Of a DNA stretch of 64,000 nucleotides, positions 1 to 11,279 are shown piece after piece. The notes under the pieces were generated by a model, which was not told where the DNA came from, made no database searches, and worked only from the letters and a program-made list of their open reading frames with translations. Made by a program: the position numbers and the translations under genes. The stretch covers positions 23,560,001-23,624,000 of the forward strand of contig OZ024758.1 of the NCBI GenBank assembly GCA_964016885.1, in the 5' to 3' direction. Positions within the stretch are counted from its first letter, which is position 1. Every line of letters begins with the position of its first letter. Source of the DNA: Eledone cirrhosa. Its lineage: Eukaryota.

Positions 1-117
1 GAGCTCAAGCCGTTTCGACGGCTATTTTTGGACTAATTTAGTCCAGAAATAGCCGTCGAAACGGCTTGAGTTCTGCCGTCGGGGTCATACTTTTTCCTAT
101 ATATATATATATATATA

Positions 118-543
118 TACGATATTAAATAAATGGAAACTATATTTATAAAACCATATTTATTTCATTATATATATTTCAGGGATATCATATTAACAAT
201 ATGCTATGCCTTCCTCAGACAAAATACAATATAGACAGTTTTATAGATAAATAGATTTGACATACCGTACTGCCAAATCAACTTTTCAAATACAAGTCGA
301 TGTTGAACGGTATGTCAAATCTATTTATCTATAAAACTGTCTATATTGTATTTTGTCTGAGGAAGGCATAGCATATTGTTAATATGATAACCCTGAAATA
401 TATATAATGAAATAAATATGGTTTTATAAATATAGTTTCCATTTATTTAATATCGTAAATATACTCCAAATACTTGTTGAGTGCTTTTATATCAGTTATA
501 AATATTTACTAGTTGTAACCCAACAATTTAAATATAACTTTCC
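118..543. mobile_element. Penelope-like fold-back element (151-bp inverted arms 118-268 / 307-457 plus unique tail) in a (TA)n tract
   Basis: Near-perfect inverted repeat with a 38-nt spacer; each arm carries a hammerhead core; flanked by (TA)n; related copies at 4099, 9152 and 38870. Confidence 0.75.
349..414 (+). ncRNA. Minimal type-I hammerhead ribozyme motif (antisense copy at 161-226, - strand)
   Basis: TATTTTGT-CTGAGGA-AGG C ..CATATT GTT AATATG.. C CCT-GAAA-TATATA-TA^-ATGAAATA; stem I and stem II pair. Confidence 0.7.
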
Positions 544-689
544 ATATATATATATATATTTTGCCTACCACAATGTTCGATTTGTCAAGCTATATAAACA
601 TTTATTTATCAGAAAGGGTGTGGTAAAATACCAGGTGGACCATAAACCCACCATAGTACTCGATACTTGGGGTAGCGGAGTGAGTAATA

Positions 690-807
690 TGAAAAGATTC
701 AGGACACCGACGGCTGAGCTCCGGTCGTTTCGACAGCTAGATCCGAACGTTCGAATTTAGCTGTCGAAACGGCCGGAGCTCAGCCGTCGGGGTCCTGAAT
801 CTTTTCA
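690..807. repeat. 118-bp near-perfect palindrome (related palindrome at 1-73; single-arm copy near 22945-22990)
   Basis: TGAAAAGATTCAGGAC..GTTTCGACAGCTA..AAC|GTT..TAGCTGTCGAAAC..GTCCTGAATCTTTTCA; centre between 748 and 749. Confidence 0.85.
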
Positions 808-1340
808 GGGTCGGACGCCATGCTTTGACGCATAGGGTTGCGGCCCCTGCCATTCTGAGTTCAAATCCCACCGAGGTTAACTTTGCCTTTCATCCTTACG
901 GGGTACATAAGATAAAATACCAGTAATACACTGGGTAATTGCTGGCCTTGTGCCAAAAGTAGAAACAATTATATATATATATATATTGTTTGAAGAATAA
1001 AGTGACAGTGACTTAAAAGTTCCGGCTGTTTCACAAACACACACGCAACACTAATTTTCATTATATATCTGGCTGAGTGGTAAGAGAATTGGATTAACAA
1101 TCGTGAGGCTGTAAGTTCGATTCCTGGATCGGATTATGCGTTATGTCCTTGAGCAAGACACTTTATTTCACGTTGCCCCTTCTACCTGGAGTTGCGACCG
1201 ATAGATAGTATTAGCAATTGGAAAGGCCAACGGAAACATTGATTCCTCGGTCCGATTTGACGAAAGTCGATCGACTATATATATATATATATATATATTA
1301 TTCAAAATATTAATAAATGAAGACGTTCACAATCAAAATA

Positions 1341-1406
1341 TGTTTTATTATATATATTTCGGAGGTACTGTGCTGTTTTTTCAGTACGTCCTCATCAGAT
1401 AAAATA
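1341..1406 (-). ncRNA. Minimal type-I hammerhead ribozyme motif
   Basis: Reverse complement: TATTTTAT-CTGATGA-GGA C GTACTG AAAAAACAGCA CAGTAC C TCC-GAAA-TATATA-TA^-ATAAAACA. Confidence 0.75.
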
Positions 1407-1694
1407 CATGAATTGATGTATGACATACCTCAACTGTCTTGATAGTTCAATTGCAGTATTGGCAGCAGAGTGCTTTTAATCTATTGTAAAACTATATTCA
1501 TTGAGTAATCAATGAATCATATTAATCTTTGGTTACCTACCCCCCACTCTCCTGAGCGTGAATTTAATAAACATTTATTGTACTGCCTCTCTGTTCTGTC
1601 CCTGTTCAAATTTTTCATTATATATATATATATATATATATAAGTATTGAAGTTTCCGTTGAAAATTGAAAAAGTCATAGGAGTGAAGAGTTAC

Positions 1695-1751
<57 letters not shown>

Positions 1752-3049
1752 CAAAGATAGATACATTTTATTCACAATTGTATAAATAATATTACAAATA
1801 AGAAAATGAAAAGTAAAAGAAAGGAAAAAAAAAACACCAGCAGGTAACACACGCACACGCATATATGTATTAATGGTCTGAAGAAAAGTTAAATGTCAGA
1901 TTTTTTAGAGGAGAAAAAGTTGGAAAGGCAGACATAAACACAGAGCAAATATAATCAAATATATAGATGGAAAAATTAGCTTTTAAATCACTTTAAATTC
2001 TGTGAATATATAATAACTACATCATCTAATATTTCCATTCTTTTAAAATGCTAGGATGTAACCTGAGGATTATTTGGCTGCTATTTTTTGTGGTTTGAGA
2101 TGTCCATGCAGTGGTTTCCGTCTTCGCTCTTGGCTGGAAAATGATTAATTTTTATTTTAAACATTAAAGCTACTTATTCCTTACACGTTTCAAGATAGTT
2201 ATATACACACGCGCGCACACACATATATATATATACACACACACACATATACATACATCCGTATATAGTTATTGATTGAGAGAAATATCTATTTTCATAA
2301 CACGCACAGGTAGGCAGAGAGAGACACCAACCAGCATGGTTATGTTTTATCATGTGACTAAGACACTGCTTAGACGACCATCACAACTATATTTTACATC
2401 GTTAATTGATGTAGGCTCGTCTTTCATCTCTAAACTAACTTTTCTTTAACTCTCTCTAAAATCCGATGTTAAATAAAAGAAGTACAGGAAAAGACGAGCA
2501 ATAAGCAAGTATATTGTATTGACTTGATTTTCTAGAAAGATGAATGCTTTCTATTTTATAATGCAAACTTTAACAAGTTTTGGTTCTGGATTACCACTCT
2601 CACCAACATTTTCACAGATCACTGGGCCGTGACCAACCATGCTTATACTTGAAGCAACAACCTCCAAACTGTAAACAGCCAGCAACTAGTACCATTACAA
2701 TCATAACTACACCATAATTAGTTGGTTAGTAGCTAACACCGTCCATAGATTGCATCCGAGATATGAAAAGAAAAGTCGAATCACCATAACGATTTGGAAA
2801 GTTGGTGCATACATAGTGCCGTCCGAATGAAAGTTTGAAAACACTTAAACAAAGAAACACCACTAGGCGTCCTCCTTGACACCAGGACCGCCTGTACAAT
2901 CAATCTGGTATTTATAGAGCTAGTAGTAGTACATACTATTACTGATAGTTGATAAATGACTAAAGCTGTCCAGACTCCACGTCAAACAATCGTTATCAGG
3001 ACAACCACAATCACCACTAATACTACCACCAAAGTACGATAGATTAGTC

Positions 3050-3405
3050 TGTATAGCGAGTCAGTGAAATATCGGGGCCCTGAAGCCACGATATTTAAGT
3101 AGGAGGAATATCTTGTCCTCTTTTCTCAAGCAAAAACAGTAAAAGAATCACGACGACGACCACCACAACAACCACAAAAATAAGATATATTAATTTGTAT
3201 AGCGGGTCAGTGGAATATCGGGGCCCTGAAGCCACGATATTCAAGTAGGAGGACTATCTTGTCCTCTTTAGTCAAGCAAAAACAGTAAAAAAAAAATCAC
3301 GACCACCACCACAGAAATAACATATACTAATTTGTATAGCGGGTCAGTGAAATATCGGGGCCCTGAAGCCACGATATTTAAGTAGGAGGACTATCTTGTC
3401 CTCTT
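3050..3405 (+). repeat. Three near-identical 73-nt structured units (3050-3122, 3196-3268, 3333-3405) with A/C-rich spacers, directly upstream of ATG 3431
   Basis: Unit TGTATAGCGGGTCAGTG-AAATATCG-GGGCCCTGAAGCCA-CGATATTT-AAGT-AGGAGGAC-TATCTT-GTCCTCTT; two hairpins per unit. Confidence 0.9.
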
Positions 3406-3430
3406 GGATCGAACAAAAATTAAAAGGAAA

Positions 3431-4032
3431 ATGAAGTCATTCGCTGACCAATTTACGTCGATTAAGAATCGCTACCGAGACTCGAACGTAATGTCGGTCC
3501 CTACTTACACCTCTGTCGGCGTTGGTGCTATGAGTGTGTATAAGTCAACGGTTTTACCAATTTGTTCTCAAGCAACAACAGCAGCTGCTGCTGCTGTTTG
3601 TTCTACAGAAACTTCAGACGACGACAGTCTGACAGACTTGCCAACTGGCGACTCTGTCGTCGCCATACTTCCTAATAAGAGCGACGACACTTTTGAAAAT
3701 AATCCTGCTATTAACAGCAACTACAACAACGATACACTCGTTGTTGGTGGTCTGAGTAGTGACTGCCATAATAAAAGTTTTCCAGTCCCGACTGGACTTT
3801 CAGTGTCCACAATGGGTCAGTTACAAAGTTACAACAGAAACAATAGTTTCTTATACAACAATGACAATAACAATAACACCGACAACAATAGTACACCTGC
3901 TTCCAACGTAACTATCGAAAAGCGTGCTCAAGTCTATGGCCTACCATCTTCAACATTACCGAACCATCAACACATATCTGCTCATGGATTGAATTCAAGA
4001 GAATCTTCTGTGGATAACGATTATTCTTGCAA
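3431..4032 (+). CDS. Probable first coding exon of the sorting nexin-16-like gene (S/T/N-rich, low-complexity N-terminus)
   Basis: Non-repetitive ~200-codon ORF from ATG 3431 (MKSFADQF...DNDYSC). It ends at a canonical donor AA|GTAAGT (GT at 4033-4034), phase 2. The exon at 41622 starts with one spare base (G), restoring AAG (Lys) in frame. The link to SNX16 is inferred from phase compatibility only; unseen intervening exons are possible. Confidence 0.6.
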
Positions 4033-4098
4033 GTAAGTACATATAGTTGAAGTTTACATACATACATACATATATACATATATACATATATACATATG

Positions 4099-4518
4099 TA
4101 CGATATATTAACAAATGGAAACTATATTTATAAAACCATATTTATTTCATTATACATATTTCAAGGACACCAAGTTAAATTATGGTGTGCTTTCATCAGA
4201 TAAAATATAATATAGAGCAGTTTTATAAATAAATATTGACATATATGTCAATATTTATTTATAAAACTGATCTATATTATATTTTAATGTCAATATTTAT
4301 TTATAAAACTGATCTATATTATATTTTATCTGATGAAAGCACACCATAATTTAAATTGGTGTCCTTGAAATATGTATAATGAAATAAATATGGTTTTATA
4401 AATATAGTTTCCATTTGTTAATATATCGTATTTTTACTCCAATAATTTGTTGAGTGCTTTATATCAGTTATAAAAATATTTGCTTGTTGTATCCCAACAA
4501 TTTAAAGAGAACTTCTAC
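4099..4518. mobile_element. Penelope-like fold-back element at the start of intron 1 (inverted arms spanning 4099-4430 plus tail)
   Basis: Same family as 118-543; arms nearly perfect, with a ~41-bp tandem duplication near the centre; flanked by TA-rich microsatellite. Confidence 0.75.
4322..4386 (+). ncRNA. Minimal type-I hammerhead ribozyme motif (antisense copy 4143-4207)
   Basis: TATTTTAT-CTGATGA-AAG C ACACCA TAATTTAAAT TGGTGT C CTT-GAAA-TATGTA-TA^-ATGAAATA. Confidence 0.75.
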
Positions 4519-4531
4519 ATATATGCATATG

Positions 4532-4572
<41 letters not shown>

Positions 4573-4925
4573 TAGTAATAATAAATAGAAGACCAAAATC
4601 CAGAGAGGACTCGATAAGGGTTGTATATATATATATATATATTTGTATATATAAATATAAGTATATATAAACCCATATAACAAATATTATTAGTACAGAT
4701 TAAAAGTTTAAACAAATATATATATGTATATGTATGTATGTATGTATGTATGTATATTACAATATGTGGATTCCTGTGATGTAAAAGGGGGTAACAGTTT
4801 AAAAAAAAAGGGACTCAATACGTTAGTAGAGTATAAGCATCTTTATTATATATAGAAATGGCTTCTACAGGACTAGAACTGTTTCATTTGTATGAACTCA
4901 CCAGGAATGTGACACTCACACACAC

Positions 4926-4956
<31 letters not shown>

Positions 4957-5251
4957 TATTTGTCTTTAATATATATATATATATGTTATTTGTCTTTAAT
5001 ATATATATGTTATTTGTCTTTAATATATATATATTATTTGTCGTTAATATATATATATATATATATATATAGATATGTTATTTGTCTTTAATATATATTA
5101 AAATATCTCAATGAAAAGATAAAATATAAACCCAGAGAAGCAATTAAACTTAAGCTAAAATCTCTATTTGGAGGGGATATAAGCTAGCTAAAGTAAAATA
5201 AGTCAGTTTTACTCATATACTATCCACAAACCAATATATATATATCTATAG

Positions 5252-5274
<23 letters not shown>

Positions 5275-5283
<9 letters not shown>

Positions 5284-5430
5284 AGATCAAAAGATGGTTA
5301 AATGAGTTCCATGATTTTATTATGCGCATTTCAAAAACAAATATCATCATGCAATAACATTTTTGTTTTTGAAATGCGCATAATAAAACACATGGAACTC
5401 ATTTAACCATCTTTTGATCTTATATATTAT
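5275..5430. repeat. Fold-back element next to (TA)n with the half-hammerhead signature GAAA-TGCGCA-TA
   Basis: AAGATCAAAAGATGGTTAAATGAGTTCCATG.. is inverted relative to ..CATGGAACTCATTTAACCATCTTTTGATCTT. Confidence 0.75.
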
Positions 5431-5514
5431 GTATACTCCAGTCCTACAAACTGTAGAGTGCTTCTTATCCGATATCTGCATTGCTTTATTGTACTACAAT
5501 AAAACTCACCTCCT

Positions 5515-5552
<38 letters not shown>

Positions 5553-5555
<3 letters not shown>

Positions 5556-5659
5556 AAAGCTTCTACAGGACTAGAACTGTTTCATTCGTAAGAAATCATC
5601 AGGAAGCTCTTGATGATTTCTCACGAATGACACAGTTCTAGTCCTGTAGAAGCTTTTCT
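5553..5659. repeat. Fold-back element of a third Penelope-like family (relatives 4855-4905, 8900-9022, 55265-55695)
   Basis: AGCTTCTACAGGACTAGAACTGTTTCATTCG..TCATCAG inverted around a ~7-nt centre; degenerate CTGATGA..GAAAC..GTC core on the - strand. Confidence 0.7.
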
Positions 5660-5735
5660 ATATTAAATATTTATACTCTGCTTTGTATTGAGTAGCTTAC
5701 TTACTGTGGTTACCTCCGATTCAACCCGGGATAAA

Positions 5736-5793
<58 letters not shown>

Positions 5794-5885
5794 TCCCGGG
5801 TTCAATCGGGGGTAACCACAGCAAGTAAGGTACTCAATACAATATATATATTAGTTAAAACAGGACCATAGGGGAAAATATTTAC

Positions 5886-5921
<36 letters not shown>

Positions 5922-5924
<3 letters not shown>

Positions 5925-5995
5925 TGTCCCCCCAAAATATATACACACTTCAACAGCTTTCTAATAAAAGTGTGTAGATATATTTTGGGACACTG
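5922..5995. mobile_element. Very short Tc1/mariner-type MITE
   Basis: TIRs CAGTGTCCC..AAAATATATACACACTT / AAGTGTGTAGATATATTTTGGGACACTG followed by TA. Confidence 0.6.
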
Positions 5996-6519
5996 TATAT
6001 ATCGGACTTTCGCTTTGATTATATATTTTTGTGTTATATTTATAAGGTTCCTTAGCAATAATTGATTGATTATTTGCCAATGTACTTCTATTTAATCTTA
6101 TATTATATTTATTTTGCTGTTTTTATATGATAATAAAACGAAATACTTTATAAAAGCAAAAGTTTATGAAAAAGGGTCAGTACCCCCCTAGACATACAAA
6201 TAACAAGGAAAAACAATTTTCTCAATTATGTTAGAATCACTTGTAAATATTAAAAGTTATATTTTGACGACAAATGTTTTTCATAAATATTTGCTCTACG
6301 GTTCTTATATATTTAATATATATTTATCCTTATCGAGCCCTCTTTGGATTTTAGTCTTCAAATTTATTATTATTACTATATATAAATAAATATATATATA
6401 TATATATATTTATAAATTTATATAGATAGATATATAATTCGCTTTTGAATTTGTTTTGCGAGATTTCTGATTTGAAAACGTGTGTTGAAACAGATATTAT
6501 ACTTTATACTCCTAAAGTA

Positions 6520-6562
<43 letters not shown>

Positions 6563-6603
6563 TTACTATTTTTATTATAAATATAAAGGTAATAGCAGGT
6601 ACA

Positions 6604-6635
<32 letters not shown>

Positions 6636-6821
6636 CACCAAAAAATATCACCAGAGGTTAGCTTTCTTTGCCTTTCAACCTTACAGGGTCGATAAAATAA
6701 AGTACCAGGATTCGATTTACTATGTATGGCCTTGTGACTATAGTAGAAACAATTATTACTTTTCTATGAATATAATAATATAATGTTTACAGAATGAAAC
6801 TATAGACACAAATAATATATG

Positions 6822-6888
<67 letters not shown>

Positions 6889-7171
6889 GGTTAACAGAAA
6901 TAACAACACAATCGATACAGTATATGGAAGGTATGTATTAGGTCACAAATACAATAGCAGGGGAGAATGAATGGTTCACCCAAAGCAGGTTTTTTTCTTT
7001 AAAATATAGTTTAGATTTTATTTTGTACGCTGAGTTCCTATGAAATATCAAAAGGCTGAGCACTATCATATGTAGGATATATTTTTTTTTACTTCAACAT
7101 CAATTTTTTATTTTATTTTTTAAACACTTTAGTCTTTATTGTGTTGTATCAGATGAAAGAATGGTATTCAA

Positions 7172-7665
7172 CTAATGTATTGGTACGCGATGGGGCCCAT
7201 CCACAGCCCCGGCGGACAGAATGGAGAAGGCGTTTCCCCGTAGGATGGCAAGGGAGACGCGCTGGAAAAGCCACTCCAACTCGCGGGGCTCACACCTGCG
7301 GCTGGCCAGCTCAGCGCCTATGGTGGTGAGTAAGGAAGTAGCCCTGGGGTCGAGGACACCAGAAGTCTCCACTGCCAGGGGAACGACCGCAAACCTGTCG
7401 GAGAGCGACCGACCGGTATTTGAGGAGTTTGGCCACCTCAGCCCGACGTGCAGCAGAACCTGGGTCAGTCGCAGACTGCACCAGGTTGCGGCTGCAGAAA
7501 GTGTCGGTGCAAGTGGCATCCCAGACGAGGGGTTTGCCACCGCGGAACGGGAAGTTGGTCATGCCATCTGCCCTTTTGCCGTCCCCTCGATCCAGCCCCA
7601 CCGGCTCGAGCTGGGAAGGGAAGCCTGCAGCGTCCAAGCCATGCTTAATGGCCTCGTTGAGGGCA
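7172..7665 (-). mobile_element. 3' fragment of a CRE-like (restriction-like endonuclease) non-LTR retrotransposon, frameshifted
   Basis: GC-rich island. EPVGLDRGDGKRADGMT..LVWDATCTDT..AARRAEVAKLLKY and, in another frame, VPLAVETSG..FQRVSLAILRGNA are typical RLE-domain motifs. A second decayed fragment lies at ~36865-37030. Confidence 0.8.
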
Positions 7666-7699
7666 GCAGTGTCACTTTTGGGAGGCTCCCATACATCTC

Positions 7700-7970
7700 T
7701 TAGTTTTTCATCCTCAGTGTATACTGATTAATGTTCAGAGCCATCCTCAGCATTCTCGTGTCGCACCCATCCACTATCTGAGTGAGTTTCTTGGTCAGTG
7801 TCCAAGTCTCAGACCCGTACAGCAGCACAGACTCCACTATAGCAATGAAGAGGCGGATTTTCAGGTCCTTACGAAGGTCCGACTTCCACACCGATCTCAA
7901 GCTGTTAGAGACGCAGGGCATGGCAGCGATAATGAGGGACAGAGACCGCTGGAGAGAACTCGTCCATTCG
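7700..7970 (-). mobile_element. RTE-type LINE reverse-transcriptase C-terminal fragment (with a short inverted piece at about 7900-7965)
   Basis: KDLKIRLFIAIVESVLLYGSETWTLTKK..DTRMLRMALNI on the - strand; MRDRDRWRELV on the + strand. Confidence 0.75.
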
Positions 7971-8172
7971 GGAATTTTACCCGCCCTATATATATATATA
8001 TATGTGTGTGTGTGAGTCCCGGGTTCAATCGGGGGTAACCACAGTAAGATATATTTCTTTATTTGCCACAAGGGCGCACAAAAAAAGGGGACAATACAAT
8101 GACACATGCCGGGGATTTTACATACAGTTGTGTAAAAATATTGAAACAAACAATTATAACCACAGTAAGATA

Positions 8173-8849
8173 TATTTCTTTATTTACCATAAAGGCATAA
8201 AAAGAAGGGACAAATACAAAGGGGGAGTTTACATAAAACCGAGTAAAAAGGGTATAAAATGAAAATAATCGAAAACAACCTCAAAAGGGAGGGGACGTGA
8301 TGGGGGTTGCACCCCCCCCCCCGAAAAAGTGTGCAATCCTTTGCCCGGGGAGCACATGGAGAAGGTGCTCCCCTCTCCTTCACTTCTTTACTTACAGGAT
8401 GGTATACAGAGAAGGCCCATTTACACGAGCCATTCTCGCCACTATCACCCACCTTTCATAAAACTGCCTGTGGCCAAGCACCTCTCTCTCCATTCTTATC
8501 CTTCTTCCGAAGTGATATCGGAAGAAGTAGACCAGACTATGGCCAGAGAGGAAGTTGCCTGACCTCAGACCTTTCAATCGTGTCCACCAAACAACCTCAT
8601 TCAACATGGCTATTACGCACAGAAAAACTGCCTTTGCTTCCTTTGTGAAGAGGGGAGGCGGCTTGATTGTCATCACGGACTCGGCGGTCAATCGAATCGG
8701 CGCCACCCGCGACAGCAGTCGTTCGGCGTAGCCCCACAGATCAGCCACGCCCGGATATTGCACAAAAGCGTGCGCAACGGTTTCTTCGTAACGCACGCAT
8801 CTAGGGCAAATCTTTTTCGAGGGATCCCTGCCCGGGCGCCCGTGCCATA
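8173..8849 (-). mobile_element. 5'-truncated Tx1/L1-type LINE (ORF2 C-terminal zinc-binding region plus 3' UTR)
   Basis: ORF 8392-8856 contains CPRCVRYEETVAHAFVQYP..LWGY (CxxC..ET..H motif); A-rich 3' end; flanked by the direct repeat TAACCACAGTAAGATA. Confidence 0.75.
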
Positions 8850-9110
8850 TAACCACAGTAAGATAGTCAATACATTAGTAGAGTGTATGCAACAGAACTT
8901 AATATAGAAATGGCTTCTACAGAACTAGAACTGTTTCATTCGAAGGAAATCATATGGAAAGCCCTTATCATTTCCTTCGAATGAAACAGTTCTAGTTCTG
9001 TAGAAGCCATTTCTATATTAAATTTTGTTTTTATATATATATGGTAGTATCTCGTGATATCTATAAACTACTTTTCCTCTACAGTTGTTTTAGTCACTCG
9101 CTGATGTTTG

Positions 9111-9153
<43 letters not shown>

Positions 9154-9192
9154 GATATTAATAAATGGAAACTATATTTATAAAACCATATT

Positions 9193-9257
9193 TATTTCAT
9201 TATACATATTTCAGGGATACCAAATTAAATTATGGTATGCCTTCATCAGACAAAATA
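9193..9257 (-). ncRNA. Minimal type-I hammerhead ribozyme motif within a Penelope-like fragment (about 9152-9387)
   Basis: Reverse complement: TATTTTGT-CTGATGA-AGG C ATACCA..TGGTAT C CCT-GAAA-TATGTA-TA^-ATGAAATA. Confidence 0.75.
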
Positions 9258-9384
9258 CAATATATAACAGTTTTACAAATAAGCTTATTAATATCGTATA
9301 TCTACTCCAAATACTTGTCGAGTGCTTTATATCAGTTATAAAAATATTTACTTGTTGTATCCCAACAATTTTAAATAGAACTTT

Positions 9385-9427
<43 letters not shown>

Positions 9428-10550
9428 AAACAAAAACGACAACCGTCCCTTTCTCCCATCACCAAATACCGATGCCTTAGAAATTATAGAACAATAATTG
9501 TTTCTACTTTTGGCACAAGGCCAGCAATTGTTTCAGTGTATTACTGGTACTTTATTTTATCGACCCCCCAACAATAATGTACGTTAGTAAAGTTGTTTGC
9601 AATCTTTCGTTTTAGGTACGTAAAATAAAACTTTGCGAATATGTTTAAATTTGACTAAGTTTCGGTTACCGTTAGTTTAAATATCATGGGTTAGGGTTAT
9701 TATCCTTTTTCATCCTTACGGGGTCGATAAAATAAAGTACCAGTAATACACTGGAATAATTGCTGGCCTTGTGCCAAGAGTAGAAACAGTTATTATCCTT
9801 TATGAGATATTCCTGTGAGATTTCGCTTCTTTTGAAATAAATTTTTATTTACGTACCTAAAACGAAAGATTACCAAGTTGTTAAATGTTGTTAAACTTCT
9901 AAATAGCTAATAGTTTTCTTTATATTTTGGAATGGAAATTATACCAAAAATTAGGGGGCAAAAATCTGAGGTAGGTCCCATATCTCATAAATGGCTTTGT
10001 TTTGTTGTATATTATATCAAAGTCGTTATCTTTAAACCTTAATTAACTTATTCTCCCCTGCTATAAATAACATTACAAATTGTTTATAATTTTTACAGAA
10101 TGAAAATATTAATACTATAATATATACAATTAATTATTGCTAGGAACCTTATAAATATAATACACAAAAATATATTATCAAAGCAAGAGAAAAAAAAAAT
10201 GAAGTTGTATTTACGCTACTCGTGTCATTGAGGAAAAACAAAAACAATTTAGGTTGACGAATAAGGCCAATATATAAGGAATAATATACTATTTTTTATT
10301 TTAATTGAGCTTTTAAAACATTAGACATATTGTTAACGTCAATATGTGAAGGAGACTAATATAAATTAACTAGATTTACACACACACACACACGTGTACA
10401 CGCACACCCATATGGTATACGTATAGAATAGTCGGATATTGCCTTGGTCTGCCTCGTCTCACATCATTGATTTCTTCTCACACTCGAAATCATCCCCACC
10501 TACCCTCCCACATTAAACGGGTCAGTTTAGCAGCAATATATATATATATG

Positions 10551-10587
<37 letters not shown>

Positions 10588-11279
10588 TTGACTTGTTCTT
10601 CTTTTTGGTAAATATCATCTTGGTTAAGAGAGTGGGACTGGCTTTGTGCAGTGCCTTTGCTCACTATAAAAGCTTCACGGCACAGGCATTGCTTTATATC
10701 TGGAGATCTCTCTGCACTTGTCATCACATGGTACCATGGGCCCAGCACTATGTGTCAATAATTGTCACAGGTGTAGTGTTTGTACCAGAGTTTTCAAGTC
10801 GCTGGCTGGACTAAAAAGTCACGCTTGTTCAGCGCATCGGTAAGGGTTCTCCTACATGGATATAAAGTAGTGGCCGTACTCGAAAACGAGTTGGCAGCCA
10901 CCATATATATACATACATGTATGTATGTATATGCGCGGGGACATAGAAATAGTCGGGCTGGACACCCGATCGCGCGGTTAAACCACTGAGAGTGAAGGAC
11001 TCCTAGCCTTTGTCAGGGCATTCTTCTAGGAGAAGGCAACTCAGGAAACTGGGATAACTCCGATATAAAACCCGCGGCTCAGTAGTTACCGATGATGTTG
11101 ATCTTTTCTTCTTTTCGGGTTATAGCTACTGTTGCTCAGAGAGTGGGATTGGCTCAGTGCACAGTCTTTCCTCACTTAAAAAAATATCTTCACGCACATG
11201 CATTTCACGATTTAATTAATAATGGCATATCGTGCAATGGCCATACTCGATAACGAGAGGACAGCCATCATATATATAT

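Noticed and set aside
3050-3405. CRISPR array, iron-responsive element (CAGTGA), U7 snRNA (AATTTGTATAG) or pistol ribozyme interpretation of the triplicate
   Set aside because: Spacers are homologous to each other and no cas genes are present; CAGTGA lacks a flanking 5-bp stem; no histone-downstream-element complement is evident; the pistol pseudoknot partner is absent.
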